From a virus: a DNA stretch of 64,000 nucleotides. The DNA lies in IMG/VR virus record IMGVR_UViG_3300030117_006323, positions 27,171 to 91,170 of that record, one strand, 5' to 3'. Made by a program: the position numbers and the translations under genes. The notes beneath the pieces were generated by a model. It saw nothing but the letters and a program-made list of their open reading frames with translations. It had not been told where the DNA came from and made no database searches. Each line of letters opens with the position of its first letter. The first letter of the stretch is position 1. This document shows positions 21,126 through 30,536 of this stretch, in pieces.

Positions 21126-21539
21126 TTATTTTGTCTTTTTTGGCTTTACCCGAGAGGAACCTTTTGACCCGGTTTTTGTAGTATCCCGAAACCCCAAGCC
21201 TTCTCCTACCATTTCATCTGGCCTAGGGAGAATATTTGCGATTTGGTCACCAATGTAAGAGTCTAAATTTAACAACTCTTCAATTGTGAGAGAAGGATTA
21301 GTATCGACAATCCAATGTGTAAAAGCGTGCTTCCAGTATGCTTCAAATTGGAAAACGGCTTCTCCTTTGACGAACTGTAGCATTTCTTGCATTGCTCTTT
21401 GAATGTCAAAAAATGTAAGACTCTTCACAGTAACTTCCATTACAACATCAGGGTCATCAGGATTCACCTGAATTTGATGCTTGGTCTTACTCTGTTGATT
21501 CATTATCTGGCTCTTGTCCACTATTCTCCTCTGACTCAC
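21126..21539 (-). CDS. Tail assembly chaperone (G-like)
   Basis: Between tail tube and TMP genes; VTVKSLTFFDIQ..LTIEELLNLD pattern; slippery A AAA AAG near its 3' end. Confidence 0.6.
   Translation of the reverse strand: MSQRRIVDKSQIMNQQSKTKHQIQVNPDDPDVVMEVTVKSLTFFDIQRAMQEMLQFVKGEAVFQFEAYWKHAFTHWIVDTNPSLTIEELLNLDSYIGDQIANILPRPDEMVGEGLGFRDTTKTGSKGSSRVKPKKTK
21135..21141 (-). other. Candidate -1 ribosomal frameshift site A AAA AAG
   Basis: In-frame CCA AAA AAG two codons before the stop; -1 frame continues into 20899..21099. Confidence 0.5.
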
Positions 21540-21894
21540 TTACTGCTGCCTCCTCTAGGGGCGTGTCGGTAACAGCCGCATCAGCGGGGGCTACCTCTTC
21601 TTCATCGGTAGCCGCATCAGCGGGGACCTCTTCAGAAGTTACTGGGTCTGCATCGTCTAAACGCAAACGCTGGATAAGTTCGGCTTTCTTGCCATTCGTA
21701 GATAGATTGCGGTGTTTTAGGGCCGCTTTGAGTTCTACTACAGTCATATCATCATAACCATCATGTTCTACTTGAAAAGGGTTTCTAGACAAAGGATTTT
21801 CAGGATTGAAAATTTCATCTTCAATGGCCTTAGATGCGTACACTCTAGTGTGCACTTCTTTGGCTGCTCCCGGATTCATGTAAGTTCTAGCCAT
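21487..21894 (-). CDS. SAP-domain protein with acidic tail
   Basis: YDDMTVVELKAALKHRNLSTNGKKAELIQRL matches the SAP helix-extension-helix consensus. Confidence 0.7.
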   Translation of the reverse strand: MARTYMNPGAAKEVHTRVYASKAIEDEIFNPENPLSRNPFQVEHDGYDDMTVVELKAALKHRNLSTNGKKAELIQRLRLDDADPVTSEEVPADAATDEEEVAPADAAVTDTPLEEAAVSESEENSGQEPDNESTE

Positions 21895-21903
21895 AGTCTC
21901 ATC

Positions 21904-24189
21904 TCAATATGTAAACATGGCGTCACGGGCCAAAATACGTACATGTTTAGGCATAATTTTCAAAGAAGCACGCAAAACGCCTTTATCTTCAGGAATGGGC
22001 AATGGGGCTTCAGAGATGAAGAAATCATCTACTACAATAGTCATGGCTTCATAGTAAGGTGTACCAGTGAGACCAGTTTTACCTGAACCTTGTTTGACAA
22101 ATTTCAAGACAACGCCGTCAGCATTAGCCCCTGTGGTTGTGTTGAACTCTTCTGCTGTGCGCATGTAATGCCAAAAGATAGGGTCATCAATGAGGATTTC
22201 CATGTTCATATCAAAAGATTGTTTTCCTTCGACAGCGCATCTCGGGTTACGTGTTCCTGCAAAAGGTATCTGTTCTGTTGAAAATGTATGACCTGCTGCT
22301 CCAGACATACCTGTGCTCTGTGGAAGAGGAGCCCCATTGATGACATGGTAATACTCTACTCCAGTGGTTCCGCTCAAAGTAAAGTTTGTCACTTGAGCGA
22401 CTGTAGTCCCTCCGATTGTGATTGTTCCATTGTAGAAGAAATAGGGCTTTTCTCCATATTTGATGATGCCAGATTCTTTTCGCCCTAACTCAGTGTTAGC
22501 CGTGTTTTCAAACATACGGTGCGCTTTGAGCCGGTCACCTCTACTGGCCGCAGTAGCGTGTAAACGACCAGTATCTGTGTAACACATAGCCGCATTAAAA
22601 TTGACAGACAATTTGAGAGCAGCATCTGTATCAGCAGACATTGACCAATTGGTGACTTTACATCCTTTGAAAACTCGCGTCAAAACTTTGGAATCAGTAG
22701 CAGAGCCGGGGACAAAGGTCGCATCTTCTGAACTGTAAGAGCCTGCTTCACGTGTACGTATAGAAGTTTCAAGACAAAAAGAAGGGGTTGTATCTCGGCT
22801 GAAAATAACGTGGTCCACCGCATCTGCCACGTATCTATCGCTCGTAATGTGGGGGCTCATCATTGCGTACAAATCAGTAGGATTGGCTAAATCTACCAAA
22901 GTACCTCCGCCAATTGTGATTGTGTTTGGCCCCGCAGTCGTTGCTGTGACTTTACCAATTCTTGTGCCATCAGATTTGTACAATTCAGTGCCATCTGAAA
23001 TAATCGCAGTTGGGTCTGTGCTAACTGCTATTGTACCCGTGTGTCCCGCTGAAGGAGCGGCGGCTGTGTTAATCCCTGTGTCATAAACCGAATTACGATA
23101 TTCAAGGAAGTGCACTGCTCTACCTGAGTCGTGAGGGAAATCGAGAGGACCATCTAGCCACAATATGTCACTTGCTGTATCGACTGCTACAATACGTCTA
23201 ATTTCAGAACGGACTGTGGCATCAGCATGAGGAGTATCTATCGTGACATTCAATAGAGCACCGGCACTTTTCTTACCGAAATACAAATTGCTACTATCTG
23301 CTACACTCAAATCATCTTCTCTGTGCTGATGCAAAGGCACTAAATTGTCACCAGAAGAGCCCGCTGGCTCTTGGATATACACATAATGACCGGCGGCAAC
23401 TGCACCAGTGTCAAATGTCGTTTTTGAGCCCAATTCAACTAGAATATGTGATTGTCCTGCTGCGGTCTCTGATGATAGCGTACTTTTCATATTCGCGCCT
23501 TTGTGGTAAGATGTGGGTTCGCTTGCCATTTTACCCAAGCAATAGTACAACCAACGAGGACTATGCAGAATTAAATCTATTGACCCGCCTTCATTTGTTA
23601 TTCTACTAGGTGCTTGTACAACTGTATCGCGCCCAATGCCGACCACATGGTATCTTTTGATTTCCATTCTTGTTTCAGGTAAATTTACAGTCCCAGCGAT
23701 TCCTACAAATTGGTCTGTTAAAGTAGATTCTTGTGTGGTTTTAGGGGTAGTATTGAAAATTGTATTTGCGACATCGGCGGATGGTACTAAAAATGGCCCA
23801 ATCGTAATAGAATCACTTGCTCCAGAATTTGTAGAGGCTGCTGTTTTCAAACGAGGGGTTACTGTGATTGTATTCGATGTATTGCCTATAATAGAAAATT
23901 CTCTTTTCGTACTGATGCTATCATCGTCGCCATAATTAGTGCCACCATTGATACGCAATGTCGTTCCGACTAACATATTTTCAGGGACTTTGAGTCGATG
24001 CGATGAGTCAAACAACCAATGAGTCGTTGTGCCTGATACACCTGTGAATGTAAGAATGGATGTATCATCGGTGCTACCATTTGTTACTTGGAATTGCAAA
24101 CCACCAAATGTGCCATGGGGTAGGTATAATGCTGATTCACGGCCAAATGTGACTTCGGCTAAATCGCCCTTGTAAACTGTGGATGGCAT
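21904..24189 (-). CDS. Major tail tube protein with inserted beta-rich domains (761 aa)
   Basis: Tube-like segments (TPSFCLE..TRVFKGCKVTNWSMS..PYFFYNGTITIGG..VTNFTLS); between neck genes and chaperones; GGTGA RBS. Confidence 0.65.
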   Translation of the reverse strand: MPSTVYKGDLAEVTFGRESALYLPHGTFGGLQFQVTNGSTDDTSILTFTGVSGTTTHWLFDSSHRLKVPENMLVGTTLRINGGTNYGDDDSISTKREFSIIGNTSNTITVTPRLKTAASTNSGASDSITIGPFLVPSADVANTIFNTTPKTTQESTLTDQFVGIAGTVNLPETRMEIKRYHVVGIGRDTVVQAPSRITNEGGSIDLILHSPRWLYYCLGKMASEPTSYHKGANMKSTLSSETAAGQSHILVELGSKTTFDTGAVAAGHYVYIQEPAGSSGDNLVPLHQHREDDLSVADSSNLYFGKKSAGALLNVTIDTPHADATVRSEIRRIVAVDTASDILWLDGPLDFPHDSGRAVHFLEYRNSVYDTGINTAAAPSAGHTGTIAVSTDPTAIISDGTELYKSDGTRIGKVTATTAGPNTITIGGGTLVDLANPTDLYAMMSPHITSDRYVADAVDHVIFSRDTTPSFCLETSIRTREAGSYSSEDATFVPGSATDSKVLTRVFKGCKVTNWSMSADTDAALKLSVNFNAAMCYTDTGRLHATAASRGDRLKAHRMFENTANTELGRKESGIIKYGEKPYFFYNGTITIGGTTVAQVTNFTLSGTTGVEYYHVINGAPLPQSTGMSGAAGHTFSTEQIPFAGTRNPRCAVEGKQSFDMNMEILIDDPIFWHYMRTAEEFNTTTGANADGVVLKFVKQGSGKTGLTGTPYYEAMTIVVDDFFISEAPLPIPEDKGVLRASLKIMPKHVRILARDAMFTY

Positions 24190-24199
24190 ATTTTTTCAC

Positions 24200-24649
24200 C
24201 TATGGGATTAATTCTGCGAATGTAATGATTTCGACTTGGAACGTGAAGCGCCACAAGAGTTTGGTCCGGTCACTCAAATCAGTCCGTACTTTGAAAAGTA
24301 ATCGGTCATAATTCACTCCGTCACCTTTGCGCTTCAGGTGGATGACTCTCCTCAATTCATTCTCCATTTTGTAAAGATGCTCACGACTTTTAACCGTGCG
24401 CATATCTACTGTTAGATTGACACGAGTAGTAACAAAATCATAGAATAATTCAGGGGCTTCTTCGTTGTGAGCAGTCTCATAGATAAGAACATAATCGTGC
24501 TTGTTCAAGTCAAGACGCTTACCTCTCTCGCCTGTAATAGATGAAATATCTTGGACAATGGGCTTAATGTTGTCAGTGTTGGCGCGATTCCAATTATCAC
24601 CTATGATGCTTTCCAGCAAGGGAATGGTTTCGGTCCACGTGGCTACCAT
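24200..24649 (-). CDS. Putative tail terminator/neck protein
   Basis: About 150 aa immediately upstream of the tail tube gene; VNLTVDMRT..ELRRVI..WRFTFQVEI alpha/beta pattern; likely start MVATW at 24649. Confidence 0.5.
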   Translation of the reverse strand: MVATWTETIPLLESIIGDNWNRANTDNIKPIVQDISSITGERGKRLDLNKHDYVLIYETAHNEEAPELFYDFVTTRVNLTVDMRTVKSREHLYKMENELRRVIHLKRKGDGVNYDRLLFKVRTDLSDRTKLLWRFTFQVEIITFAELIP

Positions 24650-24650
24650 A

Positions 24651-25067
24651 TTAAGCACGCTCCATTATTGCTTTTTTTGCGTATTCAGGGAATTGGTCTA
24701 ATTGTGGATTGCGGATAACCATCAATTTTCCCACTGTTTTCTCAAGTTGTTTTTTGACTGCGTCTGATGCTTCAGAGCCATCTGCATTTCGGATAGTGTC
24801 TGTCATGTCATCGTAAGACAAACCTGCGGCTTCTGCTTCTATTCTCATGAATCGTTCAAATAAATCATGGGGTTTAGTCCTCAATTCTTTCAAGACATCA
24901 TCCATCATTTCTGCGTTCATGCTAATATCGTATTCTTCACGCCACTCTCCAACAGCCATTTTTTGAGTAGCATCTTCTCTGAGCATTTCTTGTTCCCAAT
25001 CATCAGGGTCAAAATTAGGGTCTAAGCGTTGGCGCTTACCTTTGATGTTGATGTATCTTTTCGACAT
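24651..25067 (-). CDS. Hypothetical neck-region protein
   Basis: Likely start MSKRY at 25067, coupled to the upstream TAA; position only. Confidence 0.45.
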   Translation of the reverse strand: MSKRYINIKGKRQRLDPNFDPDDWEQEMLREDATQKMAVGEWREEYDISMNAEMMDDVLKELRTKPHDLFERFMRIEAEAAGLSYDDMTDTIRNADGSEASDAVKKQLEKTVGKLMVIRNPQLDQFPEYAKKAIMERA

Positions 25068-26896
25068 TAATCGAACACCACCATTTGTCGGTATCGGCCC
25101 AAGGTAGTGTCTATGTCGCGTTGCCACAATTGAATCTTAGAGGTTAAATCTACATTCTGTGTTCCTTCTGGAATGAGTACACTGCGGTCATCTGACATGA
25201 GAAGTTCAATGGCCACCATCTTGGTGCATACATCTTGAATTGCTTTTTCCAAATAACGCTCTCCATAGATGTAAGAGGCTTTGATTGCGTTCCACTCAAA
25301 GAACGGATAGGAATTGTTGAAGAAGATAATACCATCTTGGTGGTCTAACCAAAGGTCACGTAATCGAGCGTGGTCGCCTACACTAGAGCCACCTTGGTAA
25401 TCTATTCTGAGCAAATATTGATACAAAGCCGTGCCGCCTGTATTCAATGTCGTAAGAGGTGAACCAGATTTATTCAGACAACCTGTGAAAGATGTCGCAG
25501 TTTTTCCGGTGTATGACATAACTTCAATATTATTCCCTGTGCCAATCATAACAAGCCCATACGATGCAAATCCATCAGTGCTTGCGACGTTTACGGTATC
25601 ACTGGATACACTTGTGCTTGTTGTAGTTTCTTCTTTGATTTGGCTGATACTGAGATTGGTCAAATCAGTCGATGCAATAGAACAGGTTTCACCTGAATCT
25701 GCGTGTCTCATACTTGTAATTTTGACAATGCCGCCGCCATAATCAGCATTGGCTGTGGCTAAAAATTCGTCACTTACATTCATAGCACGTAACCCTGTAG
25801 ATGATGAAGAATCTTCTAAATCGTATGAAGTGTCTGCCGATTTAGCACTTTTTCCGCTTTGTGCATCTTTATTGATGAGATGGGCCAATTGATAGGCTGT
25901 TGCTACAGCATCGAATTGTGCTATCCAACTACTCATAGCATTTGCACTAGCATACGTAGCGGCTGGTAAAGAGAATATTCCTCCTCCTCCGGGACATAGG
26001 AATATCTGTGAACTACCCAATTGCGAATGGTCAATAATTTTTACACGTGCTTCTGCTGCTCCCACTTCTCTGTAATCGTCACCTTGCCATAATTCTACAC
26101 GGAGCAATTGCTGTGTGTTTTGGAACATCAAAGGTGCAGTCCCCACGTAATCTGTATAGTATCGTCGTCTATATGGCTTGTAGGTATCAAAATTGATGTA
26201 CTCTCCTACAACTAGATAAGGACGCCAAGCATTGTGTGTCTTGTTGTCAATGATGTCCTGAGCACGAAGAATCAATTCTTCGACCTTACCGCGTGTTACC
26301 CCGTGTCCTGTACGATTGGTGAAAGAAGATTGATTCTGAACATAAGTGTTTTTCGCAGTAGTGAGAAACGGAGTGTAAGAGAAAGTCAGTTCTTGGCTAC
26401 TCAAAGCGCCCCCAGTTGTAGATGCTGATAATTCAAATTCATGTTTGGTTGTAATACTCGCTATTGTCGCCCCATCAGGAATACCAGTACCAGAGACTGT
26501 CATACCTACTCTCAAATTTGACGTTTTATCAAATCCAGTTGAAGTGATAGTCGTACTATTGTTGTAAGAAGCAGTCGTAAAAGTGACTACATCGCTAGAA
26601 TGCTCTAATTTGACTCCACTTGAACCACCTTCTGAGATAGCAGTAATTGTATGGGTTCGGCCCATTGCGATGTCGTCACTATAAACGAGAATACTGTCAC
26701 CTGTAGAAAAACCAGAATTACGATAATCGCTACCTGTGACATATACTCCAGTAGATTCAGAGTTCGCAGACACTGCTACGGGCTCAGGATACCCAATTTC
26801 CAAAAGATTGGCTATTTTCTGCGCTGTTGTATATACAACTTCTTCAGGGCGAAGAGGGCGTACTTCGGTTTCACCGGGTGTAAATACTGCTGGCAT
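25067..26896 (-). CDS. Head-tail adaptor (neck) protein with large insertions
   Basis: YTTAQKIANLL..VEELILRAQDIIDNKT..AW and C-terminal IQDVCTKMVAIELL resemble head-completion adaptors; between capsid and tail genes. Confidence 0.55.
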   Translation of the reverse strand: MPAVFTPGETEVRPLRPEEVVYTTAQKIANLLEIGYPEPVAVSANSESTGVYVTGSDYRNSGFSTGDSILVYSDDIAMGRTHTITAISEGGSSGVKLEHSSDVVTFTTASYNNSTTITSTGFDKTSNLRVGMTVSGTGIPDGATIASITTKHEFELSASTTGGALSSQELTFSYTPFLTTAKNTYVQNQSSFTNRTGHGVTRGKVEELILRAQDIIDNKTHNAWRPYLVVGEYINFDTYKPYRRRYYTDYVGTAPLMFQNTQQLLRVELWQGDDYREVGAAEARVKIIDHSQLGSSQIFLCPGGGGIFSLPAATYASANAMSSWIAQFDAVATAYQLAHLINKDAQSGKSAKSADTSYDLEDSSSSTGLRAMNVSDEFLATANADYGGGIVKITSMRHADSGETCSIASTDLTNLSISQIKEETTTSTSVSSDTVNVASTDGFASYGLVMIGTGNNIEVMSYTGKTATSFTGCLNKSGSPLTTLNTGGTALYQYLLRIDYQGGSSVGDHARLRDLWLDHQDGIIFFNNSYPFFEWNAIKASYIYGERYLEKAIQDVCTKMVAIELLMSDDRSVLIPEGTQNVDLTSKIQLWQRDIDTTLGRYRQMVVFD

Positions 26897-26907
26897 GCTT
26901 CAAACCC

Positions 26908-27492
26908 TCACCAACCCAATTTGGCTCTGACTGCTTTCAGCATCATTTCGCCGGGTTGAGGGTCAAAAGAAGTCTTTTTCTCCGATGTGAAATCAAGCAA
27001 AGTTGTTTGCCCGGATGGGACTTCTGAAGTCTGAGCACTTTCAGGTGCCGCTTCAACTTCAGGCTCTTCTTCTACGGGTGTTGGGGCTCCCGGTTGTTTT
27101 AGATTACCTTGTGCATCAAAGAGTTCTGACCCCGGTGCCTCTTCCTCTTTAGGTGCAAACTCCCCTGATAATCCTCCACCTTTGATACGAGGCATTTGGG
27201 GGTCTGCCTCTGGTTCAGGGGCTTCTTCTTCAGGTCCACTGAGAGGAATGGGGTCATCCATGAATGTGATACCGTGACTCTTCCCGGCGTCTGCAATTGC
27301 TTCTTGCATAAGTTGGTCACGCATTGCCTCAAACTCTGGACCAGATGCCATTTTACCTTGTTCTCGTAGCATTGCGGCTGCTTTCTGGTTAGCCCACTTA
27401 TTCAGGCGTATCTCTTTTTCAGAGCCCTCTTCTCCAATGAGAACCTTTTGCCGGTGAGGCTTGACGGGCATTTTGATTAAAATCAAACTCAT
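26908..27492 (-). CDS. Hypothetical acidic, Pro-rich protein
   Basis: Coupled to neighbours; low-complexity E/P-rich centre. Confidence 0.5.
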   Translation of the reverse strand: MSLILIKMPVKPHRQKVLIGEEGSEKEIRLNKWANQKAAAMLREQGKMASGPEFEAMRDQLMQEAIADAGKSHGITFMDDPIPLSGPEEEAPEPEADPQMPRIKGGGLSGEFAPKEEEAPGSELFDAQGNLKQPGAPTPVEEEPEVEAAPESAQTSEVPSGQTTLLDFTSEKKTSFDPQPGEMMLKAVRAKLGW

Positions 27493-27782
27493 AGGCGCGC
27501 CTCCTCATTACGTGTGCCGAGGTTAAAGTTCATAGCCTTACCGCATGCACTGCAAGTTTCGGCCCAACAAAAGTAGAGTAAACCACAATGTGTGCACCGT
27601 GTCCCAGAGCCAATATTGAGAATGTCACGTGCTTCTGCGTTACGCTTTCTCTGACGATGTGTAACACCTTTCAGAGGGCGGTCTGTTTCTGTGACACTAC
27701 TAGCGCCAAGAGATTCAGCCGCACTGAAGCCACGCTTCGATAGACGGAGCATGTCAGTCATATCGAGTTGCATCTTCTCCAT
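27489..27782 (-). CDS. Zn-ribbon protein
   Basis: CTHC..CSAC pair. Confidence 0.55.
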   Translation of the reverse strand: MEKMQLDMTDMLRLSKRGFSAAESLGASSVTETDRPLKGVTHRQRKRNAEARDILNIGSGTRCTHCGLLYFCWAETCSACGKAMNFNLGTRNEEARL

Positions 27783-27791
27783 AGTATCACA

Positions 27792-27989
27792 TCATGGTTT
27801 TTGATAAACGACTAAGTAGACGTTACCTAAAACAACAACTGGTTCTACTGACACAACTTTAGAACCATCGTAACTGTCTAATCCTTCAATATCAGCAGTC
27901 ATAGCGACACTTAGAGTGCCGTTATTGCCAGCACCACTGAAGGCTTGCGGTGAATAAGGACCGATGACTTGGATGTCTTTTGCTGCCAT
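27792..27989 (-). CDS. Small hypothetical virion protein
   Basis: GGGTGA RBS; in operon after MCP. Confidence 0.5.
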   Translation of the reverse strand: MAAKDIQVIGPYSPQAFSGAGNNGTLSVAMTADIEGLDSYDGSKVVSVEPVVVLGNVYLVVYQKP

Positions 27990-28004
27990 AGGGTTTCACC
28001 CCTA

Positions 28005-28292
28005 TCAGCGCTGTCCAATTGCGAAGAACTTACCCGCAGTACCTGCTACATCACCATTGCCGATTGTTTTGAACCGTAGGGTTGTTCCGTCAATTTCAAT
28101 GTTAGGGGTGTGCCTGAAAGCGGTCCCACCTACATCAATTCCTGTAAGGTCTGCGGTTGCATTACAACCTGCAAACATAACATTGCTTAGATGGTCACTC
28201 AAGTCAATGCTCGCATCACTTGCTGCAAATGTTCCTGTAACTACCATCATGTCGCCTGCAACGTGTACTCGTGTATCAAATGTAATTGCCAT
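28005..28292 (-). CDS. Small beta-rich virion protein, possibly capsid decoration
   Basis: GAGTGA RBS; beta-strand composition; downstream of MCP. Confidence 0.45.
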   Translation of the reverse strand: MAITFDTRVHVAGDMMVVTGTFAASDASIDLSDHLSNVMFAGCNATADLTGIDVGGTAFRHTPNIEIDGTTLRFKTIGNGDVAGTAGKFFAIGQR

Positions 28293-28294
28293 TC

Positions 28295-28735
28295 TTAATC
28301 ACTCTCTTGTTCTACTTGAGCGGGGGCCGCCTCTTCAATGTTTTCCTCAATCATAGGTTCATCGGTCACATCTGCTACTTCTTCAATCAAATCTGGGTTC
28401 ATCAAAGTGTTGACGATTACCAATAATTGTGTCTTTGTAGCATACCGACTTGGATTCGCATCGTATTTAGTCAACCAGTTCATGATGTCTTTGCGTGTCC
28501 AACCTGAATCAGGGACACCATCGGCCCCTGCATCAACAGTTTCGACTTCAACGTGTTCATCGCCGTCAATTAACCAATGACTATCAGGTAGAGCCCTACG
28601 CCATTGGTCGAGCCAAGCCTGTGTGACCTCTCTGGGGATTCCACGAAAGAAATCCTCAGAGCGTCCACAAGGTGACCTACGGACGTTATAAGGTCCGAGG
28701 AACTTCACTGTAGGCAGATTAACCACCTCAAACAA
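28295..28735 (-). CDS. Hypothetical protein with a HeH/SAP-like helical motif
   Basis: PDSGWTRKDIMNWL..YATKTQLL motif; acidic C-terminus; true start may lie a few codons downstream. Confidence 0.45.
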   Translation of the reverse strand: MFEVVNLPTVKFLGPYNVRRSPCGRSEDFFRGIPREVTQAWLDQWRRALPDSHWLIDGDEHVEVETVDAGADGVPDSGWTRKDIMNWLTKYDANPSRYATKTQLLVIVNTLMNPDLIEEVADVTDEPMIEENIEEAAPAQVEQESD

Positions 28736-29354
28736 TCAAAAGCATCAATACAACTGATTCTGTGCCGCCACTGACGTTCTTGAGAATTAGTGGTGTACGC
28801 TTGTATAGTTCTGTGTTGTCGTTGCTCTGAAGCGGTGTATTCGCTGTTGTTGTAATCAAGTTTGCTGCTACTGTCTCAACGGTTCCAAGATGGTGACCTT
28901 CAAGATTAGTGATTACATCACCAATGCTGAACTGTGTTGTCGCATCAACTGTATCTACTGCAACTGAACTCTCGCTCGTTAACCAGTGTGAACCATCATT
29001 CACCAATACGCCTGTTGCGACTGATTGCATGATTGTTGGGTCAAGACTACCTGTGTCTCCAAGCCACTGAGAACCAGTGAATAGAATATCAGAACAATCT
29101 CCTGAAAGTGTTAGTGTTGCGTTATCGGTTGAACCAGACCACTTTAGAACAACCAATCGTGGATTGAAAACGTTGCTACCATCGGTCTGTCGTGGTTGGA
29201 ATGCTGTCAAAGCACCGGGGTATCCAGATGCTGCACCAGCAAGCCATACTGTGCTGTCTTGGTCTACGCCACCCTGTAGAGGCAAATCCATCATCATGTG
29301 GACATGTCCTGCGGACGGTGTGTAAGTAATTCCTCTTTGTGTTACTGCTGCCAT
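28728..29354 (-). CDS. Putative capsid decoration/cement protein
   Basis: First gene after MCP, same strong RBS GGAGAGTGA; beta-rich. Confidence 0.45.
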   Translation of the reverse strand: MAAVTQRGITYTPSAGHVHMMMDLPLQGGVDQDSTVWLAGAASGYPGALTAFQPRQTDGSNVFNPRLVVLKWSGSTDNATLTLSGDCSDILFTGSQWLGDTGSLDPTIMQSVATGVLVNDGSHWLTSESSVAVDTVDATTQFSIGDVITNLEGHHLGTVETVAANLITTTANTPLQSNDNTELYKRTPLILKNVSGGTESVVLMLLIV

Positions 29355-29391
29355 AATTTTTCACTCTCCTTGTATATTCCTACCCTAAGCC

Positions 29392-30531
29392 TCAACTGAG
29401 GTCACGAATGCTCCCTTGTGCTCCGAAGAAAGAGCACCACATTTCACCCATAGTTCGGTAAAGACCTTCCTGACCAAGTCGGTTGATACCGAATGGGTCA
29501 CCAGTCTCAATACCACTCTCAAAGTATTGGGTCGGAATTGCTGTGCTGAACCAGACATAGTCTGTGTCCAAGTAGTAGATACGGCTGATACCGTCAGTTG
29601 GCATATCCTTGGTTGGGATGATTGGCACACCGTTGTAGGTTGCGACAATAAATCCTGCCTCGATACCGGGTACGCCCTTTACACCGTTGAAGGTTGGGAC
29701 GACTCGCTTCTCTTCCATGAATCGCTGTTGGCTCTGGAGGAGTTGCTGGATACGCATTAGTGTGTCATAGCCAGTTAGCATAACCTTGGGGTTACCACCA
29801 CGAACCCAAATCTGTTGGAAGAGGGCGTCAAGGTGGTCAAGGCTAAGGGTTCGGTTGGTTCCCTTTGTGCCACTGCTGCTGGTCTCAGCACTGTGGAAGT
29901 CTGCACTACCATCGCGCGTAATGGAATACATATCGTTGTCCGTGGTTGCGCTACAGTAGGAATTACCACTGGTGTGAGTATCTGGGTTCGTAGTGATACG
30001 GTCCAGAGATTCGTAATCGTTGCCCGCAGTTGTGTCGAAGTCCGTTAGGAGCATTCGGTTTACGTGGTCTGCGTGGTGCTTACCCATTTCCTCCTTGAGG
30101 ATTTGGCGGATGTCACCAAGGCCATCGTCCTTGTCAGCAAGGAAAATTGCTGTCTCGGACATGTCAAAGGTGTGAGCCACCGTCTTGGGCTTTGCAGCCA
30201 CGTGTAGGAAGGTAGGCTTGGTGGTGTCTGGCAGGGTTGCGTTTTCAGCAACACCGCCGCCCTTGGTGAACGAAGGCTTGGCGGTAATGATTCTCCAACC
30301 GCTTCGGTCCCATGGCTTCTTGGGTAGAATGCTGAATGCGTTGAATTCTTGGTTCAACTGGCTCCAGACCTTGCGACCATAAATCGCTTGGTATGTGCCG
30401 GCAGTGGTGCTCATCAACGGAGCATCAGCCTTCAATAGTTCAGAGCCACTGTATGAGTAGCCCATTGCGTTACCAGCGCCATAGTAATAGCGCTCTAAAT
30501 CAGTTACTGTTCGGATATAATCTCGTGCCAT
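29392..30531 (-). CDS. Major capsid protein (HK97 fold)
   Basis: 379 aa after protease/scaffold; LPKKPWDRSGWR, GGVAENATLPDT, KPKTVAHTFDMSE, ATYNGVPIIPT, IYYLDTD motifs; strong RBS; visibly biased codon use. Confidence 0.9.
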   Translation of the reverse strand: MARDYIRTVTDLERYYYGAGNAMGYSYSGSELLKADAPLMSTTAGTYQAIYGRKVWSQLNQEFNAFSILPKKPWDRSGWRIITAKPSFTKGGGVAENATLPDTTKPTFLHVAAKPKTVAHTFDMSETAIFLADKDDGLGDIRQILKEEMGKHHADHVNRMLLTDFDTTAGNDYESLDRITTNPDTHTSGNSYCSATTDNDMYSITRDGSADFHSAETSSSGTKGTNRTLSLDHLDALFQQIWVRGGNPKVMLTGYDTLMRIQQLLQSQQRFMEEKRVVPTFNGVKGVPGIEAGFIVATYNGVPIIPTKDMPTDGISRIYYLDTDYVWFSTAIPTQYFESGIETGDPFGINRLGQEGLYRTMGEMWCSFFGAQGSIRDLS

Positions 30532-30536
30532 TTATT

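Noticed and set aside
21904-24189. Tail sheath assignment based on size
   Set aside because: Motifs fit a tube protein with insertions, and no separate tube gene follows
29385-29648. Alternate-frame ORF at the MCP 3' end as a frameshift extension
   Set aside because: Ends only 7 nt past the MCP stop, so it would add no domain; no slippery site noticed
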